DNA from: Solirubrobacterales bacterium
Lineage (GTDB): Bacteria > Actinomycetota > Thermoleophilia > Solirubrobacterales > 70-9
NCBI GenBank assembly: GCA_040881895.1
Contig: JBBECI010000043.1
Coordinates: 9,065-73,064, forward strand
Length of the DNA: 64,000 bases
Reading direction: 5' to 3'
Shown here: piece by piece, positions 8,952-16,219 of the stretch
Numbering within the stretch: position 1 is the stretch's first letter
Layout of the letters: the number at the start of each line of letters is the position of its first letter
The notes under the pieces: model-generated
The model's database searches: none
The model's input: only the letters and a program-made list of their open reading frames with translations
Told to the model about the DNA's origin: nothing
Program-made: the position numbers and the translations under genes

Positions 8952-10642
8952 GCAGTTTTCCGACGGTCATGCCACCCACCCGCCCGGAAGTCACCACGGG
9001 GGATTCTCCAGACCGCCCTGGCTGGGCGCGGCTCGCGACGAGCCCCGATCACAAGGTCATTTCCCTGATCCTGATCTCGGCTGCTTTCGGCTCGGTCTTT
9101 CTGGCTGCCCTGGAACTTCTCCTGGTGCGCCTGCAGCTCGTCGTCCCGGAGAATGTCTTCCTCAGCGCCGTTACCTTCGACCGGCTGCTCTCGGTCTACG
9201 GGGCCACCGCAATATTCCTGTTCATCCTGCCGCTCTGCATCGGCTTGCTCTACTACGTGACACCACTGCAGATAGGAAGTCGCGGAACTGCGCTGCCGAG
9301 ACTGGGGCAGACCGGGCTCTGGCTGTTCATCCTCGGAGGTTTCCTTCTCTACGCCTCCTTCCTCTTCACTCCGCCCGAAGCTGGCATCAACCCCCTCCCC
9401 CCGCTTTCGCAGCACATCTTCACACCGAATAACGGGGTCGACGTCTGGATCGCATCGACCAGCCTCGTCACACTCGGCATCCTCCTGCTCGTCATCGACC
9501 TGCTTGTGACAGTGAGGAACATGAGGGCCCCCGGCATGGCCTGGCGCAGAGCGCCGATCTTCGTCTGGACCGCCACGATCGTCTGCTGGCAGATCGTGAT
9601 CATCGCCCCGATTTTTCTCGCCGCACTGACCATGCTGATGGTTGACCGTCAGCTCGACGGCGGTTTCTTCACCGGTGGCGTGGGCGGAGCACCACTGCTC
9701 TGGCAGCACCTCAGCTACATCTTCTTCACCGGTGCCTACATGGCCGTGGCGGTGACCATGCTAGGTGCGATTTCCGAGATCGTTCAGACTTTCACCCGCC
9801 GCCAGCTGCCCGGCCGGAGAGCGATTATCGGCTCCCTGGCTGCGATCGCGCTAATCGGTACCCTGGCCTGGACCCAGAACATGATGACCGCCCCGATTCC
9901 CGGCGGCGTCAAGTACTACGCGATGCTCCTTTCGATCTCCCTGATCGTGCCCTTCGGGCTGATCTTCTACAACCTGATCTCAGCGGTTGCCAGCAGCGAC
10001 TTCCACATGCGGGCGCCGCTGCGATTCGCCATGGGCGCGCTTTCTCTGGGCTCTGTCGGCCTGGCCGCAGAGGTGAGCCAATCGACTGTCGCGCTCGGCT
10101 CCCAGCTCCAGCAGACCTACGATGCCTGGGCTGCGACTCACTTCGCCCTGATCGGCTTCGGACTCTTCGGAGGCTTTGCTGCTGTCTCGTACTGGTACCC
10201 GAAGATGACCGGCCGGATGCTTGACGAAGACCGCGCGAGGATCTCCTTCTGGGTGATGTTCGCAGGCACCCTGATCGCTCTGGTGCCGCTGTTTGGTGCC
10301 GGGGTGGAGGGTCAGGTCACTGACTCCTTCCGGTTCTTCGCCGATGAAAACGTCAGCCTGTTCAACCTCATCGCGACGTTCGGCACCCTCATCCTGTTTG
10401 TCGGCATCGTGCTCGCCGTCGGCAACCTCGTCCGCAGCCACTCTGAAGGCGCCACCTCGACACCCGACCCATGGCGCGGCAGCTCTCTCGAGTGGTTGGC
10501 GCTATCGCCACCCGAGCCGCATAACTTTGACGTACTGCCGGATGTGCGAAGCGTTCAGCCGATGCAGGACATCCGCGAGTCCCTCGTTCGGCGCGAAGCC
10601 GAGCAAGAGGCTCCGGCTGGCGAACACCAGCCGGTAGCCTGA
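8948..10642 (+). CDS. Heme-copper oxidase subunit I-like protein with 5 of 6 canonical His ligands substituted
   Basis: 564 aa and collinear with the CtaD of this window (DHKVI, MRAPGM, YPKMTGRM, SSLEWLALSPPEPHNF). The ligand columns read Y84, T261, Q310-N311 and A/T-H398. ATGA overlap with the subunit II-like gene. Confidence 0.8.
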   Translation: MSSFPTVMPPTRPEVTTGDSPDRPGWARLATSPDHKVISLILISAAFGSVFLAALELLLVRLQLVVPENVFLSAVTFDRLLSVYGATAIFLFILPLCIGLLYYVTPLQIGSRGTALPRLGQTGLWLFILGGFLLYASFLFTPPEAGINPLPPLSQHIFTPNNGVDVWIASTSLVTLGILLLVIDLLVTVRNMRAPGMAWRRAPIFVWTATIVCWQIVIIAPIFLAALTMLMVDRQLDGGFFTGGVGGAPLLWQHLSYIFFTGAYMAVAVTMLGAISEIVQTFTRRQLPGRRAIIGSLAAIALIGTLAWTQNMMTAPIPGGVKYYAMLLSISLIVPFGLIFYNLISAVASSDFHMRAPLRFAMGALSLGSVGLAAEVSQSTVALGSQLQQTYDAWAATHFALIGFGLFGGFAAVSYWYPKMTGRMLDEDRARISFWVMFAGTLIALVPLFGAGVEGQVTDSFRFFADENVSLFNLIATFGTLILFVGIVLAVGNLVRSHSEGATSTPDPWRGSSLEWLALSPPEPHNFDVLPDVRSVQPMQDIRESLVRREAEQEAPAGEHQPVA

Positions 10643-10646
10643 ACGA

Positions 10647-11582
10647 ATGATCGACGGACTCGAAGTGCGCGAAGCGCATGTTCGTTCTGCCGAAAACGTT
10701 CAACCGACCCCTCTTCGAGACGTGCTTTCAGTAGCTCGCGACTACATCACCCTCACCAAGCCCCGGATCATCAGCCTGCTGCTGCTGACCACGGTTACGA
10801 CGATGTTTGTCGCCGATCCGGCAGGGCCGGCCCTCGCGACGATCCTCTGGACCATGCTCGGCGGGTATCTGGCAGCAGGAGGGGCCGGGGCGATCAACCA
10901 CTTCGTCGACCGCAAGCGCGATGCCCGTATGGCCAGAACCAGTTCTCGGCCTTTGGTCAATGGCCGGATATCCCCGATTCACGGCCTCATCTTCGGGATC
11001 GTGCTTGGAGTGGCGGCGTTTATCCAGCTCTGGCTGACCGTCAACTTTCTGGCCGCGGGGCTGGCGATGGTCGGACTTCTCGGTTACGTATTCCTGTACA
11101 CGCTCTGGCTCAAGCCAATCACGCCGCTGAACATCGTGATCGGCGGCAGCGCGGGGGCAGTGCCGCCGCTGGTCGGGTGGGCAGCGGCAACGGGTAGCCT
11201 GACGCCGGAATCGGCGTGGCCGTTTCTGATCATCTTCTTCTGGACGCCACCCCACTTCTGGGCGCTCTCTCTGATGATCAAGGAGGACTACGAGCGAACC
11301 GGAGTCCCGATGCTCCCGGTCGTCAAGGGCGACGCAGAAACCCGCCGGCAGATCCTCATCTACACGATCGTAATGTTCCTGTTCACCCTGGGGCCGTTCT
11401 TCACTGGACTACTGGGAACGCTCTACCTTGCCTGCGCTCTGGTGCTGGGCGGCATCTTCATCTGGCTATCGCTGGCCCTGTATCGCGATCCCAGCCCGGC
11501 GCGCAACCTTCGGACCTATCTCTACTCGCTCGCCTACCTTGCCCTGCTTTTCGTGGCGATGGCTGTCGACGCCGTCGCCTGA
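10647..11582 (+). CDS. ctaB: Protoheme IX farnesyltransferase (heme O synthase)
   Basis: UbiA-family motifs: GGAGAINHFVDRKRDARMARTSSRP and the polytopic profile typical of CtaB/CyoE. Begins 4 nt after the preceding stop. Confidence 0.9.
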   Translation: MIDGLEVREAHVRSAENVQPTPLRDVLSVARDYITLTKPRIISLLLLTTVTTMFVADPAGPALATILWTMLGGYLAAGGAGAINHFVDRKRDARMARTSSRPLVNGRISPIHGLIFGIVLGVAAFIQLWLTVNFLAAGLAMVGLLGYVFLYTLWLKPITPLNIVIGGSAGAVPPLVGWAAATGSLTPESAWPFLIIFFWTPPHFWALSLMIKEDYERTGVPMLPVVKGDAETRRQILIYTIVMFLFTLGPFFTGLLGTLYLACALVLGGIFIWLSLALYRDPSPARNLRTYLYSLAYLALLFVAMAVDAVA

Positions 11583-11595
11583 TAAAACTCCTGCC

Positions 11596-11709
11596 ATGGA
11601 TCGCAAGAAAACCAAGTCGAACTTCTCCTCGGGCATGCTGATCGGGACTGGCGCGGCCGCTATCTTCGCTTTCACTTTCTTCTTCGCAACGCTCTACCTG
11701 GCAGCCTGA
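11596..11709 (+). CDS. Small (37 aa) single-TM membrane protein, hypothetical
   Basis: An internal ATG of ORF 11428..11709 gives MDRKKTKSNFSSGMLIGTGAAAIFAFTFFFATLYLAA, a basic N-terminus plus one hydrophobic helix. It lies 13 nt after the ctaB stop. No homology call is possible. Confidence 0.35.
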   Translation: MDRKKTKSNFSSGMLIGTGAAAIFAFTFFFATLYLAA

Positions 11710-11714
11710 AAAAG

Positions 11715-12017
11715 ATGGATACCCGGGAAGAGCCGCCAGCACTGGTCGAACCGACCGAAACCATCCAGCTGCCTGCCCCGTCCTGGGCGCCGGTGCTGCT
11801 TGCCTTCGGGATACTTGGCATGGTCGCGGCGACCTTTGCGACCGGCTTCATATTCCCGGTCTGGTCCTACGGGGTCGTCGGGGCAGTTTTTGCCTTCTTT
11901 GGTCTCCGCAGCCTGATCAAGAAGGGCCGCCGCTCCTTCTACAGCCTGCCCCGTGAACAAAGTGACGTCCGGGCGGAGCTTCCGATCGAAAGTTTCACCG
12001 CACCCGGCCGAGACTGA
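11715..12017 (+). CDS. Hypothetical two-TM membrane protein
   Basis: ORF of 100 aa with two hydrophobic segments (WAPVLLAFGILGMVAATFATGFIF, YGVVGAVFAFFGL). Codon usage is GC3-rich. Starts 5 nt after the preceding small ORF. Confidence 0.5.
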   Translation: MDTREEPPALVEPTETIQLPAPSWAPVLLAFGILGMVAATFATGFIFPVWSYGVVGAVFAFFGLRSLIKKGRRSFYSLPREQSDVRAELPIESFTAPGRD

Positions 12018-12035
12018 CTGCTCCCGGCAACTGCC

Positions 12036-12434
12036 TCAGGGTGGTCCGCTTGAAGTCGCTCCATCGGTGGTCCACGCGCGCATGATGTCGCGCATCGAAA
12101 GTATGCCGACGAGCTCCCCGTCTTCGTAGATCATGAGATGCCGGATACTCCGGCGCGACATCTCCATGGCTGCCCGTTCCATGCTCCACTCGGGTGAGGC
12201 CGTAATGACGCTTTCACTCATGTGATCGCCAACCTTCTCGGAATCCGGGTCCAGGCCTGTACCGAGAGCCTTCAGGATGTCGCGCTCAGTGATGATCCTC
12301 AGCACCGGAAACTCGTCATCCTCAACGACCGCAGCGCCCACCCCTTGACCCACCATTCGAGAGGCAGCTTCGCGCAGAGTGTGGCCCGGCCCGACCCTGA
12401 GGACGACTTCCGACATTCCTACACTGACTCGCAT
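12036..12434 (-). CDS. CBS domain-containing protein
   Basis: 132 aa. Two CBS-like repeats (ITERDILKAL, ILSMRDIMRAW). Confidence 0.75.
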   Translation of the reverse strand: MRVSVGMSEVVLRVGPGHTLREAASRMVGQGVGAAVVEDDEFPVLRIITERDILKALGTGLDPDSEKVGDHMSESVITASPEWSMERAAMEMSRRSIRHLMIYEDGELVGILSMRDIMRAWTTDGATSSGPP

Positions 12435-12542
12435 ATTTCGCCTCTCACTACGCTTGTGACTTTAGTTGCCAGCGTAACCGATCAGCTGCCACCGTGTCAG
12501 GGACCGCGATCTATAGAATGAGATCAGAAAGCTTCCGAACCG

Positions 12543-13256
12543 ATGACCCGCCTTCGCCCCACCTCAAAATCCCTCGTATTACTCGTTTCCTTCGGTATTC
12601 TCACCGGCCTCGTCGCAGGCTGTGGAGCTGAAACGTCTGCACCGATCTCAGGCGGCTTCCAGGATCGAGGCAGGCAGCTGTTCAATGCCAAGTGCGGAAC
12701 CTGCCATGTCATGGCTCAGGCGGCCAGCCAGGGAATTCAGGGGCCCAACCTCGACACCGCCTTCGCCGCAGCGCGCGCTGCCGGCTTGACAGAAGACACT
12801 GTCAAGGGAGTCGTCGAGTACCAGATCAAGCACCCTCGTCCCTCCCTTGATGGCTACCCGGGTGTTAGCATGCCGGCCGACATCGTCACTGGAAACGACC
12901 TTCAGGATGTCGCCAGGTATGTCGCCCGCTACGCCGGCGTACCCGGTGCCGGACCACCGGTGGCACCAGGCGAAGGTCCGGGGGCACAGGTCTACGCAAA
13001 CCAGGGCTGCGGTAGCTGTCACATACTCGCCGCGGCGGAATCAGCCGGTGTCCTCGGTCCGAATCTCAACAAGGTGATTCCGGGAATGACACGGGCAATG
13101 ATCGAACAGGCAATCGTGGAACCCGACGCCAGCAAATCCCCCGGATATGAAAACGCCGTTATGCCCAACCGCTGGTCAAACCTGCCTTCTCAGGAACTCG
13201 AGCAGCTGATCGATTTCCTTCTCGCTTCGACCAGTGGCGGAAAAAACGGCGGCTGA
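12543..13256 (+). CDS. Diheme c-type cytochrome, predicted lipoprotein
   Basis: Lipobox LVAGC after a signal peptide. Two CxxCH motifs (CGTCH, CGSCH), each followed by a candidate Met ligand (VSMPAD, AVMPN). Confidence 0.85.
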   Translation: MTRLRPTSKSLVLLVSFGILTGLVAGCGAETSAPISGGFQDRGRQLFNAKCGTCHVMAQAASQGIQGPNLDTAFAAARAAGLTEDTVKGVVEYQIKHPRPSLDGYPGVSMPADIVTGNDLQDVARYVARYAGVPGAGPPVAPGEGPGAQVYANQGCGSCHILAAAESAGVLGPNLNKVIPGMTRAMIEQAIVEPDASKSPGYENAVMPNRWSNLPSQELEQLIDFLLASTSGGKNGG

Positions 13257-13317
13257 CCCTGCCAGGGCGCGCGCCTCGAAGCGCCCGACATCGTCGCCGA
13301 AGCACAGGTAATCCGGC

Positions 13318-14259
13318 TTGCTGAAGCGCATCGAGATATCGCCGGAGCGCTACGCGCAGGTCACCCTCATCGCACTTGTTGCGCTAGTACTGATCGTCTT
13401 CACCGGTTCTGCCGTTCGGCTTACCGCATCTGGCCTTGGCTGCCCGGACTGGCCGAAGTGCTACGGCGGTTATGTAGCGCCCGCCCAGATCAACGCCTGG
13501 ATCGAATACGGAAATCGGCTTCTGACCGGTCTCGTCGGGCTTGCAGTAATCGCCGCCTCACTGCTCGCGTTCTTCCGCAGGCCCTATCGCTGGCACCTTG
13601 CCCTCTTCGGTGCGCTGCTCCCACTGGGAGTAATCGGCCAGGCCATTCTCGGTGCGTTTGTGGTCGAGTACCATCTGCCGCCGGAACTGGTGATCGGTCA
13701 CTTCCTGCTTTCGATGGTGCTCCTTGATGCTGCGTTTGCGCTTTTCTGGTGTTCGCGCTACGAACCGGGAGAGCGCGCCTTCTCGGGCGACTTCTTTGGG
13801 GTCTGGGCTGTCCGGGCCCTGATCCCGCTTGGTCAGATGACCGTACTGCTGGGGACCATAACCACGGCCTCCGGCCCACATCCAGGCGACCATGACAAGG
13901 AACTCGTCCATCGCTTCAACTTCAGAGGTGAAGAGACGCTCGAATGGATAGCCCAACGTCATGCTGCCATGGCCGTGCTCTTTGCCGTGGCAGTTCTGGT
14001 TGTGATCCTGATACTGATGCGCAAGGGCGGTGACCGCCGGGCCCTCCTCCCCCTGGGCGCAACCCTTGGCCTCATCCTCTTCCAGATCACTCTGGGAATC
14101 ACTCAGTGGCTCCTCGAACTGCCGGCTGTGCTGGTCTGGTTCCATGTGGTCACTGCGACTCTGATCTGGCTCGCAGTGCTCTGGTCGGTTGCGACAGCCG
14201 GGCAACTCAAGGGCCGGGATGTAACCAGATCTGCGGCAGAGGCAAAGCAGAGCAGCTAG
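13318..14259 (+). CDS. ctaA: Heme A synthase (COX15/CtaA family)
   Basis: GLGCPDWPKCYG motif, eight hydrophobic segments, and conserved His in the TM helices (EYHLP, HVVTATLIW). Confidence 0.85.
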   Translation: MLKRIEISPERYAQVTLIALVALVLIVFTGSAVRLTASGLGCPDWPKCYGGYVAPAQINAWIEYGNRLLTGLVGLAVIAASLLAFFRRPYRWHLALFGALLPLGVIGQAILGAFVVEYHLPPELVIGHFLLSMVLLDAAFALFWCSRYEPGERAFSGDFFGVWAVRALIPLGQMTVLLGTITTASGPHPGDHDKELVHRFNFRGEETLEWIAQRHAAMAVLFAVAVLVVILILMRKGGDRRALLPLGATLGLILFQITLGITQWLLELPAVLVWFHVVTATLIWLAVLWSVATAGQLKGRDVTRSAAEAKQSS

Positions 14260-14262
14260 CCT

Positions 14263-14283
14263 CAGGCCGGCGACGTCGGCCTG
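14263..14283. terminator. GC-rich hairpin between convergent ctaA and the minus-strand cta operon (possible bidirectional terminator)
   Basis: caggccggc-gac-gtcggcctg forms a 9-bp stem (one G-U) with a 3-nt loop, 4 nt after the ctaA stop. There is no U-tract. Confidence 0.3.
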
Positions 14284-14337
14284 ATGGATCGGCGAGCCAG
14301 AAAGATGCTGGCCCTCGAGACGGAGCCTTTTGCCTTC

Positions 14338-14667
14338 TCAGCTATCCGGCAGCGTGCCAGGCTCGACTTCAGATGGCTCCTCCTGAGCCTGGCCTGAAGA
14401 ATCCAGCGAAGTCGGGGACTCATCTGATCGCTCATCCTGTCCGTCCCCGGCCGAACCGACTGGATCTTCGTCTCCATCGGGTGACCCGAGCATATGTGCC
14501 ATGCCCTTGACGATAAAGACAGCAACCATCGCTAAAAGGATGAAGCCGAGCAGCGCCGCCGCAACTGAAGACATGAGCAAGGCCACAAGGATCACCAGTA
14601 CCGCACCGCTGATGAAAGCGATCAGCCATCGAAACGCGGCACCCTCCGACTTGAGGGGATTACCCAA
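14338..14667 (-). CDS. Hypothetical membrane protein with acidic C-terminal tail (last gene of the cta operon)
   Basis: 109 aa. Two hydrophobic helices (WLIAFISGAVLVILVALLM, LLGFILLAMVAVFIV) followed by a D/E/S-rich tail. Lies 11 nt downstream of ctaE. Confidence 0.5.
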   Translation of the reverse strand: MGNPLKSEGAAFRWLIAFISGAVLVILVALLMSSVAAALLGFILLAMVAVFIVKGMAHMLGSPDGDEDPVGSAGDGQDERSDESPTSLDSSGQAQEEPSEVEPGTLPDS

Positions 14668-14678
14668 AGTTCAGCCGA

Positions 14679-15305
14679 TCAAATGATGTAGATCGTGACG
14701 AACACGACGATCCACATAATGTCGACGAAGTGCCAGTAAATCCCCGGGACTTCGACACCCAGGTGATTTTTTTGCTCAGGCCCGAAGTGGCCTCGCCAGG
14801 CACGGATATTGGCGAAGGTGAGAAGGAGCAGGCCGATGAACACATGAGCGCCGTGAAGACCAGTGAGGCTGAAGAAAATCGTGCCAAAGGCCCCGTCACG
14901 AGGGGTGAAGCCGATGTGGACGTATTCGTTGATCTGGATGAAGAGGAAGGCAGCTCCCAGCAGCCAGGTCAGACCGAGGCCCAGCTTGAGGCCGCGGTGG
15001 TTGTTGTGCTTGATCGCCTCGAGGGCGTAATGAATGGTGAAGCTTGATGAAACCAGAACAACCGTGTTGATTCCGGCGATCAGAACCGGGAGTTCAATTC
15101 CCGTCGGCGGCCAGGTGTTGGGTGAAACCACAACCCGGAGAAAGAAGTAGGCGGCGAAGAAGGCCGCGAAAAGCATGATCTCCGAGAGGATGAACAGAAG
15201 GATCCCAAGAACCGTCTGGTCAATCCGCGCGCTGCGATGAAACTCTGGGGGGCCGTGATGTTCAGCGGCGGCTCCGTGGCCGACTGCGATGCTTGCGCTT
15301 TCCAT
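14679..15305 (-). CDS. ctaE: Cytochrome c oxidase subunit III
   Basis: FILSEIMLFAAFFAAYF, LTGLHGAHVFIG and YWHFVDIMWIVVF are classic subunit III motifs. Confidence 0.9.
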   Translation of the reverse strand: MESASIAVGHGAAAEHHGPPEFHRSARIDQTVLGILLFILSEIMLFAAFFAAYFFLRVVVSPNTWPPTGIELPVLIAGINTVVLVSSSFTIHYALEAIKHNNHRGLKLGLGLTWLLGAAFLFIQINEYVHIGFTPRDGAFGTIFFSLTGLHGAHVFIGLLLLTFANIRAWRGHFGPEQKNHLGVEVPGIYWHFVDIMWIVVFVTIYII

Positions 15306-15310
15306 TTTCC

Positions 15311-16219
15311 CTAAACCTCGCTGGCTTCCGCGTTGGAGTGTTCGACTTCCAGACTGTCATTATTGACTGTCGCACCCTCGGCGACCGCTGAAGCGACAGC
15401 ATTCGGGCTGGCTCCAGACTCGTGGTGGGCGACCGGCTTGTCAGTTATCTCGCGAACTTTGCCGACGAGGTCATCAGCCAGCCACCGCGACTGCTCGCCG
15501 GGCAGAGTTGAGATCAGGATGTCGTCCACCTGATAGTGCGCAATCGCATTCCTGACGGAAGAGAACGGATCCGGACTCATTGGCTGACCGGTCGCATCGA
15601 TGTCTGCCCGGTAGAGCCGCGCCATGAGGCTGGCGAGGTTGCGGGTGAGCGAACCGGACGAGATTCCTTCGGTTTCGGGCGCAATGATCGTAAAACGGTG
15701 GGGCCTTTCAGCAGCGCTCTCAATCAGGCGCCTTCCCAGTTCGGGGTCGGCGAGTGTCTGATTGGCCACCACGAGGGTGTGGGTCAGATCCTGCCTGATC
15801 GAGTCCTCTTCAATCCGGACCGGGATGTGCGTGATCTTGGTTTCCGGCTCGAACTCATGCCGTGCCCACTCAACCAGATCCTTCCGGGTGAATCCGAAAC
15901 GGGTGTCGTAAAGGCAGGACATCAGGACTTCACTCGGCCGGTGACTACGAACTGCGTCACCGAGAGCCAGATCGGAATCAGGGTCCATGACTTCCCCGAC
16001 CGCGTTGACTCCGAACTCCTCAAGCACTCCCAGCGTCACTTCGACTCTGCTTTTTGCTGCCGCACGAGCCTCCTTGGGCAAAATCAGCTGACCCGCAACA
16101 GGCTGGTTTTGAGGGGCAACCACGACAACATACGAAGCGTCTTCGGCCCTCTCCAGCGTCGCGGCGAGCAGCTTGCGACCGCCAGCGACCTCGTTGAGGA
16201 AGATCAGCAGCGGCTTCAA
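15311..16219 (-). CDS. Hypothetical protein with two tandem USP-like (adenine-nucleotide alpha-hydrolase-like) repeats
   Basis: 302 aa with an internal duplication. LLIFLNEVAGGRKLLAATLERAEDASYVVVVAP ... EVLMSCLY parallels TLVVANQTLADPELGRRLIESAAERPHRFTIIAP ... DILISTLP. The TTG start overlaps the ctaD stop (TTGA). Confidence 0.6.
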   Translation of the reverse strand: MKPLLIFLNEVAGGRKLLAATLERAEDASYVVVVAPQNQPVAGQLILPKEARAAAKSRVEVTLGVLEEFGVNAVGEVMDPDSDLALGDAVRSHRPSEVLMSCLYDTRFGFTRKDLVEWARHEFEPETKITHIPVRIEEDSIRQDLTHTLVVANQTLADPELGRRLIESAAERPHRFTIIAPETEGISSGSLTRNLASLMARLYRADIDATGQPMSPDPFSSVRNAIAHYQVDDILISTLPGEQSRWLADDLVGKVREITDKPVAHHESGASPNAVASAVAEGATVNNDSLEVEHSNAEASEV

